64,000 nucleotides of DNA from Octopus sinensis (GCF_006345805.1 NC_043001.1:124930001-124994000), one strand, 5' to 3'. Numbered from the stretch's first letter, positions 23,726-37,715 are shown. Translations and numbers: made by a program. Notes: generated from the sequence alone by a model not told the origin.

Positions 23726-23949
23726 CAACTTGCAACAAATCGCCAAATGCATTAAATATACATTCACTCAAACACGTATAAATCGGTAACTAATGGACGT
23801 TGTGTGAAGTGGCTTTTATTAAAGTGGAATTCGCCCATAAACAACACTGCGGTTTGGGGGCACGGTGTGCAGGCTGGTTGGTGTTCTGGTTTAAAAATTT
23901 CGATTTTTTTTACTTATCTCGTATATGTGTATGTATGTTTGTATACATA

Positions 23950-24196
23950 TACTCTTACTCTTTACTCTTTTACTTGTTTCAGTCATTTGACTGCGGCCAT
24001 GCTGGAGCACCGCCTTTAATCGAGCAACTCGACCCCGGGACTTATTCTTTGTAAGCCCAGTACTTATTCTATCGGTCTCTTTTGCAGAACCGCTAAGTAA
24101 CGGGGACATAAATACACCAGCATCGGTTGTCAAGCAATGCTAGGGGGACAAACACACATACATACACACACACCACACACACACACACACACACAC

Positions 24197-24228
<32 letters not shown>

Positions 24229-24432
24229 ATATATATATATATATAATATATATATAATACATATATACGACAGGCTTCTTTCAGTTTCCGTCTACCAAAT
24301 CCACTCACAAGGCTTTGGTCGGCTCGAGGCTATAGTAGAAGACACTTGCCCAAGATGCCACGCAGTGGGACTGAACCCGGAACCATGTGGTTGGTAAACA
24401 AGCTACTTACCACACAGCCACTCCTACGCCTA
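23950..24432 (-). mobile_element. SINE family B
   Basis: Family match with expanded internal microsatellite. Confidence 0.85.
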
Positions 24433-25494
24433 TGTGTGTCTTTTTGCAGTATTTGTTCTGTTTCTCTGCGTTGTGGGTTCAAATCCCTCCAGGTCAACTT
24501 TGCCGTTCATCTTTTCAGTAACATACCAGTCAATGAAGTGCATGAACGGCAGAATTGGAAGAATGTTGGTAGAGTTACTTAGTGGCATTCATTCGGACTG
24601 GATTCTTGGGTGGTAGACTTAATCCGGCATCCGATTTAACAGCACCACCTGGTCATTAGGTGTTTTTAACGGAAATCCCTCTGTTTAAAGCATTCGAACT
24701 ACGTTACCATTCTGAAGCTAACTTCCTTGATTCCTCCAACCAGCCCCGGTGGTCCCAAAAACCTAAAGAGGTACAAGCGTTATCCTTCCTTCTCAGATGA
24801 TACAGTTAAAAATTTGCTTTTTGCCATCAAGAAATATTCCACATGTGACGTTCATCTTGTTGAGTCAATCTTTATGTATGATGTTGTTACTGTCCACATG
24901 TACTTCATGTGTAATGTTCATACTTTCAACACGTACACTCCATATGTAATATTCATGACGTCAAAGCGAGTCGCATGATCAAACTACATTATAGAGATAA
25001 TTAAATAGTGGTCTATGAAAAGAAGATTTTGTTCAAATGAAGATGCAAAACCAAATCATGGAATCTTCTCAGAAGATATGAATTATAAATTATGAGTATA
25101 TTTGTCATATTTCATATTTAACATAAAAAACAGATTCGGAGAATGTTTTCCACATTTTTATGTCTGTCTTATCAATTTTTGTTTGTTTGTTTTTGTTTTG
25201 GGTTTTTGCTTTTTTTTTTGGTGGATGTTTTATTTTACTGTGTATTATTAGTGACAGGCTGAGGTTTGTGAGTGAAACAAATCAGTAGAGCATCGAACAA
25301 TATAGTTTTTGTTATATAGCTTCGTCTCTTTAAGTTATATATTTAAATCCTCTCAAGAGTTTACTTTGCCCTTTCACCCTTCCGGGGTCAATAAAATACG
25401 TAAAGGGGCGACAAGACGTATATAGAACGATGTTCACTTAAATAAACAAGTCTTTACAAGTCTTCCTATAAATACTGTTCAAGTAAATCGTTTA

Positions 25495-26160
25495 TCCTTT
25501 TACTTGTTTCAATCATTGGACTACAGCCTTGGTGTAGCATAACTTTGAACGATTTAAGCAAAATAAATTGACTCCGATACGTTTTAACCATAGGTCTTCT
25601 TATGCCGAACTGCTGCGTTACGGGGACTTAAACAAACTAACACTGACTGTCAAGTAGTGGGGACTCAAAACCAAAGACGTGCAGGCACGCGCACACACAC
25701 TCACACACACACATACATACGTACATACATACATACATACATACATACATACATACATAAATATATACATACTTATTTATATATCACACACATACATATA
25801 TATCACACATACACATGCACACACGCACACACACACATATATATATCACATACACACGCATATATATACCACACATACCTTTATATATCGCACACACACA
25901 TACATATATGTATATATATGTGTGTGTGTGTGTGTGTGTATGTGTGTGTGTCTGTGTGTCTGTGTGAATATAGACATTGCTTCTCTAATTTTGTTCGAGT
26001 TGGCGCCTTTAACATGTGTGCATATGTATGTATATATGTATCTTATACGACAGGCTTCCACGCAATTTCCGTCCAGCAAATTTCAGTCTGGGGCTAAAAT
26101 AGAAGACACATGCCCTAACCCGAAACCACACGGTCCCAGAGTGAACTTCTCAAGCACTGA
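25495..26160 (-). mobile_element. Diverged SINE-B split by ~350 bp of compound microsatellite
   Basis: 3' half at 25495-25680, head part at 26046-26160. Confidence 0.5.
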
Positions 26161-26192
26161 ACTAACTGTAATGCATCTTTTTGATAAATTAA

Positions 26193-26411
26193 CTCTCTTT
26201 TACTCTTTTACTCTTTTACTTGTTTCAGTCATTTGACTGCGGCCATGCTGGAGCACCGCCTTTAGTCGAGCAAATCGACCCCGGGACTTATTCTTTGTAA
26301 GCCCAGTACTTATTCTATCGGTCTCTTTTGCCGAACCGCTAAGTGACGGGGACGTAAACACACCAGCATCGGTTGTCAAGCGATGTTGGGGGGACAAACA
26401 CAGACACACAA

Positions 26412-26442
<31 letters not shown>

Positions 26443-26614
26443 CATATATACGACGGGCTTCTTTCAGTTTCCGTCTACCAAATCCACTCACAAGGCTTTG
26501 GTTGGCCCGAGGCTATAGTAGAAGACACTTGCCCAAGATGCCATGCAGTGGGACTGAACCCGGAACCATGTGGCTGGTTAGCTAGCTACTTACCACACAG
26601 CCACGCCTACGCCT
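26193..26614 (-). mobile_element. SINE family B
   Basis: Near-consensus copy. Confidence 0.85.
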
Positions 26615-27561
26615 GATTTTTAAAATATTTTTCACAGATTGATACTATTGTTCATTGCTTTATTTGCTTCGAGATTGACTGTGTCAAAATTGAATTATCT
26701 CATGTTCTGTGTTTCTAAATTCTTATGACGTCAACAACATACGATTCTCACTGATAAGAATAAAGTTTCTGGAAGAAACAGTGAAATTCGTGAAACAGTG
26801 AAAGTCCAGTTGTAGAACGCCTGCCATGTTTACAGCAGTAGGTTCGGTTCCTACGGGTATTTTTTTGCTATGCAAAAGAGGGTGCTTATAATCCAATATT
26901 TACCTGATTTTATTCATAGATTTATTTGCTTCGAAATTCACTTCTTGATTTTTTAAAGAAAATTAGATGTAATAAGGCACATCAACTTTATGAAAACCTC
27001 GTAGTTGCGATTTGATCGATTATTCCGTCCACTTACAAAATGCATGTCCTTGTGCTTGCATTAGAAATCAATAAACTGATTCATTTTACGTCATAGGCGT
27101 CACTGAAGAAATGCGTTAACAATGTGTGCATAGCTATGATGTAGTGTTGAATTATGTATGGGTATTTAAAAGGCTAAAGATATATCCGATTTGAGCAATG
27201 GTCTTTGAATGAATGTCTAGCCAGCTCAATGAACGGACTACTGCATGAATGAAAATCCATATGAATAGAAAGGTATATAAATAAACGGATGAATAGATAT
27301 GTAAAGCCGCACACATATATATAGATATTTCTGCATGTATGTACCTAATTGTATACATATACGTGTGTGTGTGTATGTGTGAGTGAAATGCGTTATGTAT
27401 GCGAGTACGTTTTTCTTTTTACTTCTTCAAGTATGTATATTTGTATGTGTGAGTATGTGCGTGTAATGTGTGCATCGAGGCATGATTATAGGAATGCACG
27501 TATTGTACGTAGGTATGTGCATTTATACAAACACACCCATACAACCACACACACACACATA

Positions 27562-27661
<100 letters not shown>

Positions 27662-27667
27662 ATATAC

Positions 27668-27931
27668 TCTTTTATTCTTTTATTTGTTTTACTTGTTTGA
27701 GTCTTTTGACTAGGGCCGTGCTGGAACGCCGCCTTAAAATGTTTAAGTCGAACAAATCGACTTCAGGATGTTTTTTTCTTTCTTTTTAATGTTTAGTACT
27801 TAGTCTATCGCGCCCTTTTGCCTAACCGCTAAGTTACAGGGACGTAAACACACCAATACTGGTTGTCAAACGGTGATGGGGATGACAAACACAGACACAA
27901 AGAAACACACACATACACACACACATATATG

Positions 27932-27963
<32 letters not shown>

Positions 27964-28108
27964 CGACGGGCTTCTTTCTACCAAATCTACTCACAAGGCT
28001 CTGGTTAGCCCGAAGCTATAGAAGACACTTGCCCAGGGTCCCACGCAATGGGACTGAACCTGGAACTATGTGGTTGGGAAGAAGCTTCTTACTACACAGC
28101 CAAGCCTA
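27668..28108 (-). mobile_element. Diverged SINE family B
   Basis: Similarity over the full length. Confidence 0.65.
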
Positions 28109-28127
28109 CGTGTGTGTGTATGTGTGC

Positions 28128-28167
<40 letters not shown>

Positions 28168-28214
28168 ATATGGGTGCATGTATATACATATATATATATA
28201 TCAATCAAAGACGC

Positions 28215-28538
28215 CCATCGGTCGTCAATGGCTATGGGATTGCACCTAGAATGTTACCCTCCGATGCACAAGTCCGGACAAGATTGATTGTGGAAGACCA
28301 GCAGTCGCCCATGCATACCAGCCTCCCCTCTCCACACCACTGATGTTATCCAAGAGAAAAGCAAAGGGGCCGATACAGCTTGGCACCAGTAACGTCGCAA
28401 CTCATTTCTACATCTGAGTTAACTGGGGCAACGTGAAATAAAGTGTCATGCTCAAGAACACAACACGCAGCCCGGTCTGGGAATCGAACTGACAACCTCA
28501 CGATCGTAAGCTCGACGCTCTGACCACTGAACCATGCA
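28215..28538 (-). mobile_element. SINE family D
   Basis: Similar to 14612-14934. Confidence 0.75.
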
Positions 28539-28548
28539 CATTCACATA

Positions 28549-28625
<77 letters not shown>

Positions 28626-28669
28626 TGTGTGTGTGTGTGTGCATATGGGTGCATGTATATACATATATA

Positions 28670-28727
<58 letters not shown>

Positions 28728-28943
28728 TGTGTAGTTGTGTGTATGTTTGTATGTAGGTATATCTGTTTATATTTTGGGTTGTATATTCGTGTATTTGTAT
28801 TAGTCTATATATGCTACATATGTATATATATATTTGTGTATGCATATACGTTGTATACATACATGCACACATATGCACACACATATGCACACACATATGC
28901 ACACACATACACACACGCGCTCGCGCACGCTCGCACACGCATA

Positions 28944-29995
28944 TAGGGTTACGGTTCGATGAATAAATTGTAGTCAAAATTACGCCAAAAGAAAAATAAC
29001 ACTGACAGCTCATTTTAACAGATTTATTTACCAAAATTATAGAAAAATATCTTGAAATACTAAAGAGAAAATATTAAGAGAAAATCGACTTCGGAATTTC
29101 CTGCAATTCTTCTGGACGGCCTCCTTCTTTAAGTGAATGATACCATAATCTTTGCTTTTAGTTTTCATCTTTGGAGTTACAAGGAATTTTGTTGGTCTCT
29201 CGCTCAACTGTGCCTCACACATAACAATCAAGGGGGTTGCTGTCTGGGGAGTTAGGTGGCCAAATGTTAGGCATGTGTGGTCGCAGAAAATGTCTGACAG
29301 CCATGACTGGGTTCTCCTGATTGTGTGGCATGGTGCAGAGTCCTGTTGCTAGGCATAGGATCTTCCAGTAGTCACCCTCTTGACCCAGGGCAGCATTACC
29401 TCCTCCAGGCACTTGATGTAGACCTCTTTGTTGAGTCTGAGGCCGTGTGGGAAGATGAATGGAGGCATAACGTCGCCAATCACCAGTGATCACTGCAAAC
29501 ACCATGATGTTGACTCTCAGTACATATTTAGGGAACATGGCAAGCCAACGGTTGTTCTGTGTGTTCACCATCTGATCCTGGCAGAAACTTTTCTCGTCTG
29601 AGAAAAACAAAATCATGTTCGGTTGGAGAGGATGCTTGAATTTGTTCAAAAGCTTCGTATCGCAGTCTTTGATGGCTTGGGATAAAAATTGGCCATAACT
29701 CATCTTGTATAAGGAATACTGAATGTCTTCATACACTTCCTGCTTGATCAGAAACTCAGGCACTCCCATGTTCCTAACGATGGACTTGATTGATTTGGAG
29801 GGATTGTTATCAATCACGGGCTGAATCTCACCAACAAATTCAGGAATACTTTTCTTATCAGAACGATCAGAGTGAGTTTTCCGAGCTGCCCTACTTTCGT
29901 AATCACCATCAGATTCATCCAACTCTCTCCGAATCCTCTGCACTGTCCTCAGGTTAACACCCAAACACTCTGCAATGTTCATATCGGAGCTTGCA
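28944..29995 (-). pseudogene. IS630-Tc1-mariner transposase pseudogene (maT/DD37D-like), 5'-truncated
   Basis: HTH ...LGVNLRTVQRIRR; FFSDEK...NTQNNR; MVFAVIT; WPPNSPDSNPLD; frameshifted. Confidence 0.8.
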
Positions 29996-30009
29996 TATTG
30001 CAGATTGAG

Positions 30010-31405
30010 TGTTGACCTCGGTTGAGCCTACCGAAGTCAACGCTCAATCTGCAAGCTTTGCCTGAAGAGGCACTCCAAATATTAAAACACAACTCTCCAA
30101 CACTGCTTAATAAACATAACGAGGCACTAAGCACATGCAACCACCGCTTTTATCACACATTTAAATTCTACCACAAATCCAAATGTCAGAATGACCATAC
30201 AGTACATTTCCGCAATAATCCTTAGGTAATCCCATTAACCTATAAATTTACACTCTAACTCATAATCTCTATCTAGTTTCTCACATATACAACCATCTGA
30301 TTATATTCGTATATATATGCACACACCCATGCGCGCGTATATATGTACGAGTGAGGGTATGCGTATATGCATGCATGTGGGTATATGTAAACATATGTAC
30401 ACATGCAAGGTATATATACCTGCATATGCAGGGGCGACGATACACGCAGATAAGCGTATAAGTGAACGTGTATGAGGGCATACGCATGCGAATAAGGATT
30501 GTATATGTAACTTATCTGATATATACATGTATATACATCTTCACATATATATCCTTAATTCTTCATATCTTTGCCCCACAATTAGAAGCTACTACAACAC
30601 ATTGGCCTTCCTTTACCTCTTATTCCCCCCCCCCTTCTCTATCTTTTACACTATAATACCTTTCTCTCTCTATCCCCACTCCTACTTTCAAATTATCTCC
30701 ACTGACCACTGACTGATCTATATCTTAATTTTTCTTTTTTTACTTTTTTCGTTATTCCCTTTATTCATATCTTCGGGGTTTTTATTTTTTATTTTTTTTT
30801 ATTATTTTGTTATTTTTACTAATCTTCACTCTCCTTACTCTTTCATTCTTTCTTTCTCTCTTCTTTTTCTCTTCCTTTTTTCTCTTTTCTCTCTTTATTT
30901 CATTCCTCTCTTCCTGTTTTCAATGCAACCATACTAATACACTCCCTATTTCTAGGTCATTTTAAGTACAAACCTTGACTCGGCAACACTGTATATAAAT
31001 CCCCTACTGGGAATGACCAAGTTTAAAATTCTGCTGGATCTCACTCATAAGGGAATCTTACATTGCTTATAAACTCTATATTTGGAAGGACTCATATTAA
31101 TCTCTGCTGGACTTTTGGATTTTACTCAAAGAATATTGGAATATTGCATATATACCATTATGCCTATAAAACGGATTTACAACTTCAATACCCATACATA
31201 TCTGGCATCTATTTTCTTTCCTCCACCCCACTCTCTATTTTTGTAACACATCTAAACTAACTATGACTTAATTTTCCTCTCACACCATCTCCGATGAAGG
31301 GATATTATTAATTAATATCCTGGAAACACCTGTAAGACCTTCTATCTATAAATGCTCTAATATCTATACAGCCTTGGTTTCTTATCTTATTACGCAAAAA
31401 ATTTA
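30010..31405 (+). mobile_element. Penelope-like element 3' end (GIY-YIG C-terminus + long 3' UTR/pLTR) ending in (TA)n
   Basis: SICKLCL/EEALQILK...LLNKHNEALSTCNHR matches the PLE endonuclease C-terminal motif; HHR at 31288. Confidence 0.7.
31288..31337 (+). ncRNA. Minimal type I HHR-like motif (CCGATGA core)
   Basis: TCT-CCGATGA-AGGGATATTA/TAATATCCT-G-GAAAC-ACCT-GTA-AGA. Confidence 0.6.
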
Positions 31406-31424
31406 TATATATATATATATATAT

Positions 31425-31595
31425 ATATTCGACGGGCATCTTTCAGTTTCCATCTATCGAATCCGCTCACAAGGCTTTGGTCAGCCTGAGGCTAGAGTAG
31501 AAGACACCTACTCAAGGAGCCATGCAGTGGGACTGAACCCGCAACCATGTTGTTGGGAAGAAAGCTTTTTACCACACTGCCACTCCTGTGCCTAT
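31425..31595 (-). mobile_element. SINE-B 5' half
   Basis: Head similarity. Confidence 0.6.
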
Positions 31596-32445
31596 ACATA
31601 CACACATACATACATACATACTACATACATACATACTACATACATACATACATACATACATACATACATACATACATACTACATACATACATACATATAT
31701 ATATATACACGCACATACGTTGCATATATACACATACATGTGAAACACGCATAAATCCATATACTCCAAACACACACACACTCACACACACACGCACATA
31801 TTGATACATAAGGACTGAAATATAGATAGATGTGTATACAGAAGTGTACGCATATAAACATAGGAATACTACAGCCTTGCGCATATAAATCTTTGAAGAC
31901 TAATAAGTCACTTTTATAGAATTGATCCCTGATTTTTCAGAGGCAAACATACTTTACCGTTAAAATAATGTGAAAGGTTGCCTTGCTGAGCCAACTCTTG
32001 ATATTTACACTAAAACAGAACAGAGAAGACCTTTAACAATCATTGTAAACCCTAACGTTTATTTTTTTAGATTAATGCAGTTATTTGCAAGAAAAAGGAC
32101 GACATATTGAAGACTATTTATTAAAAATGAATAACCTTTTCTTTCCGCACTCTTGGACTCTCAAATTTTGTTAAATGTTGCTGAAGTTTTCTGACATTTT
32201 CTCCGGCTGTAAATGGTTGATCTCTCGCGTTTACTTGGCTCAAGTCAACTGTTAAAATGAGAAACTAGAAATATTCAAGAGAAACAAGAGGTTTGTTATT
32301 TAAGTAAGATATTATCGTTTGCCTCGTAAACAATTTCGAATTAACTTAAAGATGGCGACATCTTTGTTTTCTATTATTATAATATTTCAAAAGAAGAGAG
32401 GAAGAGAGAGAGAGAGGGCGGAAACCTTGTGAGCAGTACGCCCTA

Positions 32446-32655
32446 ATGTTATCAATGGCCAGCATCCGGACTCTCTCACTCGTGAGAGCCTCAGTTCAAA
32501 TCGCACATGTCTCAAATGGGCTGGAGTATTTTTATTTTGGATGTATATGTTTGCCTCGAGAATATTCCTCTTACTTATATAGGTTCACGACAGTGGCTTG
32601 TATTTGCTAGACACAGTGAAACCTACTCATATTCATACACATTTATGTATGTATG

Positions 32656-32695
<40 letters not shown>

Positions 32696-33285
32696 CATAC
32701 ATATATATATACACACACACACACACATATATACATAATATATATACACACACACACACATATATTTATATATATATATATATAATATATATATTATATA
32801 TTATATATAATATAATGTAGGATAAACATTTTTTCGAAAAAAATTTTTTATCAATGGCCAGCATATTAAAAAAATACCTTTAAAGGTTAAATTTATAAAC
32901 AATTTATAAATAAGGGCAAACGAAAAAACTTTCTAATGCCAAATATGGCGAAATTGGACATATTGTCCATAACCATATAATTTTTCACAATACGCACGCT
33001 ACTCAAAAAAGGCCGACAGAAATTTCTAAAAATTCCATTATTACCATGTACCGATTTCAGGGTTAGTTCATAAGAACTCTCCCTTCGTCAGTGATAAATA
33101 TGGCAAAGAAATAAATGAGATACTTACTCATACCCATGGAAAAAGCAAACACTAAGTCATGAGTACAACTAAGTACACCAAATACATCCAAAATAAAAAT
33201 ACTCCAGCCCATTTGAGACATGTGCGATTTGAACTGAGGCTCTCACAGAGTGAGAGAGTCCGGATGCTGGCCATTGATAACATTA
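32446..33285. repeat. ~105-bp inverted repeat pair (32446-32550 / 33183-33285) around a microsatellite and an HHR-bearing segment
   Basis: taatgttatcaatggccagcatccggac... and its reverse complement. Confidence 0.8.
33041..33097 (-). ncRNA. Type I HHR-like motif with mutated cleavage triplet
   Basis: Minus strand: TTATCA-CTGACGA-AGGG...CCCT-GAAAT-CGGT-ACA-TGGTAA; ACA replaces NUH. Confidence 0.55.
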
Positions 33286-33451
33286 GTTCACTCCCACCAT
33301 CAAATCGACGTTGCCTGAACAGGTGCACGGTGTATCACACTTCAGATATCGAAGTGATGGAGTGTTTTTCTCAAGAACACAACGCACCATCCACCCTAGG
33401 AAGCGAAACCACGATTTTGCGATCGTGAGTGCAACACCCTAACCTCTAGGC

Positions 33452-35835
33452 CAGTGGTTCCCAACCTTTTTCAGCCCAGGGACCATTTTTTACATGAAAA
33501 CATTTCTAGGGACCACTTCTACTTTTACTTTATACTGTTCTATTTTCACACTAAAATACTTAATGAAAAGACAAAATAGTCTAATTACACTTTAGATTTT
33601 ATTTTAGCAAACAAAAGACAAAATTTTAAATTTATTTTAGTAAATAAAGATAAACACAAGATATCAAAATCCTTTTTCATAAAGTCGTTCATTTTTAGTC
33701 CATTCAGCTAGTGACTAGCTTGATATTGGTGTTTCTGACACAAGATATCATAATCAATTTTAATGAACTCATTTAATCTTAGTCTGATAGTTCCTCTGCT
33801 GTTGACATCTAATTTATTTCTTTTTCTACTTAAAATATCTACAACAGCTGAAAATGCAGATTCCACCATCCATGTGGTAAGGAAAGAAATGATGCTTCCT
33901 TCTACATGTCGAAAAATATTTGGGTGTGATTCCTTTATCGAAACGTAGGCAAAGACACCTTCCTTTGCAACTCTTCTTCTCAGTTTCATATTCTCTTTCA
34001 AATCCAACTCAAAATTTCAGCCAACTCAAAATTTTCATCTCCTGGCTCATAATTTTCTAGGTCTACAAACCAGAGTGAATAATATCCATCTATAATAAAT
34101 CATTGTATCTTCTCTCAAAGTCTACATGAAGACCTTCAAAATGGGCAATGCATGCATCAATGCATTCTAATGTAGGAACAGTGGTGTTAAAATTTTGAAA
34201 TGATGCCAAATTTTTTTTTCAAACTGTTTTTTCCAAAATTTTAATTTCCCCTTATACCCTTTTATCTTCTGAGAACAGGTGACCAAATCTGATTTTCTAC
34301 CTTGCAGCTCTAAGTTAAGCAGACTCACTGTTTTAAAAATATCACTCAAGTGGAATATTTTTGATTTAAACTCAGAAAGTCTTTCCAAAATTTTCTTAGC
34401 TGTATCAGCTTGATTCTTGGAGTTCTAATGAGTCATGTGCCCCTTGAACATGAAAAACTTGATTAATGGTTCCTACAAATTCATTAGTCTTTCAAGGCTC
34501 AGGCCTTTTGAAAAACATCTTACTTCTGTGTGAAGCAATAGGGTTTTAAAATCTTCATCTTCACAGAATTACATTTAAAAAATCTATTATTCACTGAGTT
34601 TGATTTGGCAAAGTTAATTGCATATTGAGTGCTTCTTCCATGTGTCCACCAATGTTCTTAGCAACCAAATGCTGTCAGTGGATAATGCAATATATATAAA
34701 AAAAAGTCATGGCTGCAGCTCTATCTGATTCAATGTTGATCAAATTAGTGAATGGAATATTTTATCATTAAAATACTGCATTATTTCATTGAATTTATCT
34801 TCTGCATTTGTAGTTTCAGACAAACTTTTAATGAATAACATTTCTTCCCGTATATCATCTTCATGGATGAATCTGACATAGACCAGAAGGATAGCTTGGT
34901 TATGAATTGTGCTATCATCAGCCTGAAGAGAGAACTTTGTCTTTTGGAGAATTTCCATAATCTTCTCCTCAACAAAATTAGAAGTTTCATCTTGTCTTCT
35001 TGTAACTGTGTTATTTGAAAGTGGAATTGTACTCAGAGTAGATGCAACACCTTTTCCAAGAACCTCATTTGCACAATCTATCATAGCAGGCTTGACACGT
35101 TTCTCACCATAAATCTGAGGTGCTGCAACCTTGGCAATAATTTCAGAAACCAAATAACTTGATTTGGGTGTCTTTGCTTTTTCAGTATTTATCTTTTTTA
35201 GAAAGTCGGGTAGTTTGATTGGCTGTATTTCCTTTTTATTCTCAAAATATTTCCTACCTTTACCAACAGATGATGGACACCTTAATTTCTGGTGCTGTTC
35301 CAGCTTAACTTTCTTCGTGGAATGATTTGTCATGATGGCATCACATTCAAGACACATAGGTTTTGAGTCTACAGATACAAAACAAAACATGATAAAATCT
35401 TCTCTGTAGTTCCTCGGTTTTGCCTTTTTAGCAGTTGGTTCAGACATTATTACAACTGATCTTAAAAAAATAAAAATAATAAATCCTTTATTTCTATAAA
35501 TTAAAAGTATCAATTTATTATAAAACAATTATGTGTAGTGATCTATTAAAAATATCATATTTATTATAAAACTGTTGTGATTGTAAAATTGAAGTTATGT
35601 AATTCTTGATTGTAATATATTTTTGATTATAAATTATACATTATTGATTCTTATGGAATAATTATTGAATTTTGTTTTCTTATTATTATTCTGTCTTCTT
35701 ATAAATTATTATTAACTAACAGTGTGTTTATTATCGAACAATATTGTATAGATCTGAAATAGCTTCAATTTTTTTATGGCTACGAATTCTCTGGAGACCA
35801 CCAGTGGTCCCCAGTTACCACGTTGGGAATCACTG
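33452..35835 (-). mobile_element. Full-span hAT (Charlie/Buster, ZBED5-like) DNA transposon with decayed transposase
   Basis: TIRs cagtggttcccaac / gttgggaatcactg; TSD ctctaggc / ctctaggt; ORF pieces MSEPTAKK..PMCLEC, FSLQADDST..LLVYVRF, C-terminal VESAFS..KRNKL. Confidence 0.9.
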
Positions 35836-36099
35836 CTCTAGGTGATACGTACTCGCAATATATATATATATATATATATAAACTTATTAATAAAGCTGCA
35901 AAGAAGCAGTTACTCAGAGTTTGATGTTCTCGAACCAAAACTGTCCGATGAACGGGAATGTGAAACTCTGGATAAGTTTTTTTGTGATGTCTTTGCAGCT
36001 TTATTAATAAAGCATATTACTCTACCTCCGGTATTCGAGTCCTATTTTTTCCACCTTGTTTCACATTTATGTGCTTACTCTGATCTATATATATATAAT

Positions 36100-36330
36100 G
36101 TTTATCGCCACATCAATATGAGAGTCGAGTGTTCGCGACTGAAGGTGGGCACAAATAGCCCAAAACCGATTCGGTCTCGTGATCCTGTCGTCTGCTAAAG
36201 GTTTGTAGGGGTTCGCTCCCCTGCTTGCAATACATAGTAGGGTGCAGGCTACACCTATAACCAGCTGGCGGAAGATTTGCCAGGGGTTAAAACGGTTGTA
36301 ACACTGAAGAGCCATATTAATGAGGCGATA
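36100..36330 (+). mobile_element. Short non-coding element with HHR remnants (36139-36174; truncated core 36304-36328) ending in (TA)n
   Basis: CTGAAGG-T-GGGC-acaaata-GCCC-AAAAC; CTGAAGA-GCC...GGC-GA; related to 45750-45960 (-). Confidence 0.45.
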
Positions 36331-36333
36331 TAT

Positions 36334-36404
<71 letters not shown>

Positions 36405-36425
36405 TATATATATATAATATATATA

Positions 36426-36461
<36 letters not shown>

Positions 36462-36492
36462 CGTATGTATGTATGTATGTATGTATCATAAC

Positions 36493-37095
36493 ATATAATT
36501 GCCATCCACGTGTGGCGTCCTATACGGGACAGTGCTACTGGCGTTTATAGCTCCAGGAAGACTCTTCCAGCTGGCTAACGACACACATTCTTGTCCGATT
36601 AGTATTTGCGAGGGGAGATCATCACTCCCATCCCTAGCCTTATGTGATACACATGGACTCGAGTTTCTGGGTGGTTACCTGTTCTCAGCGTGTGTTAACC
36701 ACCAGCTCGTGATGAAAACTCACCCCACTCGCAAAGTACTCTATGCTTTTTCCAGCGACTAACCGTTGCCGATCTCGAAAAAGGAGATATAAGATATATT
36801 AAATCTCTGAGCCAGATGTAAACAGTAGCAATACGGAATCGTAACATTTACTTGCCTACCATCCAGAAACTCGAGTCCGCATGTATCACGTAAGGTTAAA
36901 GATGGGAGCGATGACCTCCCCTCGCAAATACTAATTGGACACGGAATGTGTGTCGTTAGCCAGCTGGAAGAGATGTCTTCCTGGGGGCTATAAACGTCAG
37001 TAGCACTGTCCCGTATAGGACGCCACGCGTGGATGGCAATTATATATTACGATTCCGTATTGCTACTGTTTACATCTCGCACAGAGATTTAATAT
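36493..37095. mobile_element. ~350-bp monomer with HHR remnant in partial-tandem plus inverted arrangement
   Basis: 36493-36675 is inverted at 36858-37045; 36796-36844 is inverted at 37047-37095; GAAAC-TCGA-GTC at 36866-36877. Confidence 0.7.
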
Positions 37096-37115
37096 AGCTA
37101 TACATATATATGTGT

Positions 37116-37129
<14 letters not shown>

Positions 37130-37188
<59 letters not shown>

Positions 37189-37390
37189 TGTGTGTGTGTC
37201 TGTGTTTGCCCCTCAACATCGCCTGACAACCGATGCTGGTGTGTTTACGTCCCTGTAACTTAGCGGTTCGGCAAAAGAGACCGATAGAATAAGTAATAGG
37301 CTTACAAAGAATAAGTCCTGGGGTCGATTTGCTCGACTAAAGGCGCTGCTCCAGCATGGCCGCAGTCAAATGACTGAAACAAGTAAAGAG
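37130..37390 (+). mobile_element. SINE-B 3' half
   Basis: Family match. Confidence 0.8.
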
Positions 37391-37406
37391 TATTATATTA
37401 TATATA

Positions 37407-37715
37407 TTAATCAATTAGGGTAGCAAAAAAATTCAGTAAAAATTTATCGCTACCAGCGGCCTAATGGAAAAGAGAAAATAGTCAAAGACTAAATATGTAT
37501 AAATATAACAATTTAGGAATGGCCTGACAGGCCATTCGTCCACTAGAAAGAGCAGCCATAACTCCAACCGCCAAGTAGTGTAATTCGGAAATAAGGTGAA
37601 AATTTAAAAACATTTACCCTAATTCACCTTATTTCCGAATTACACTACTGGGGGCGTTGGAGTATGGCTGCTCTTCTAGTGGACGAATGGCCTGTCTAGG
37701 CCATTCCTAAATTGT

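Noticed and set aside
24727-24978. 83-aa non-repetitive ORF
   Set aside because: TTG start, no recognisable domain or convincing splice context.
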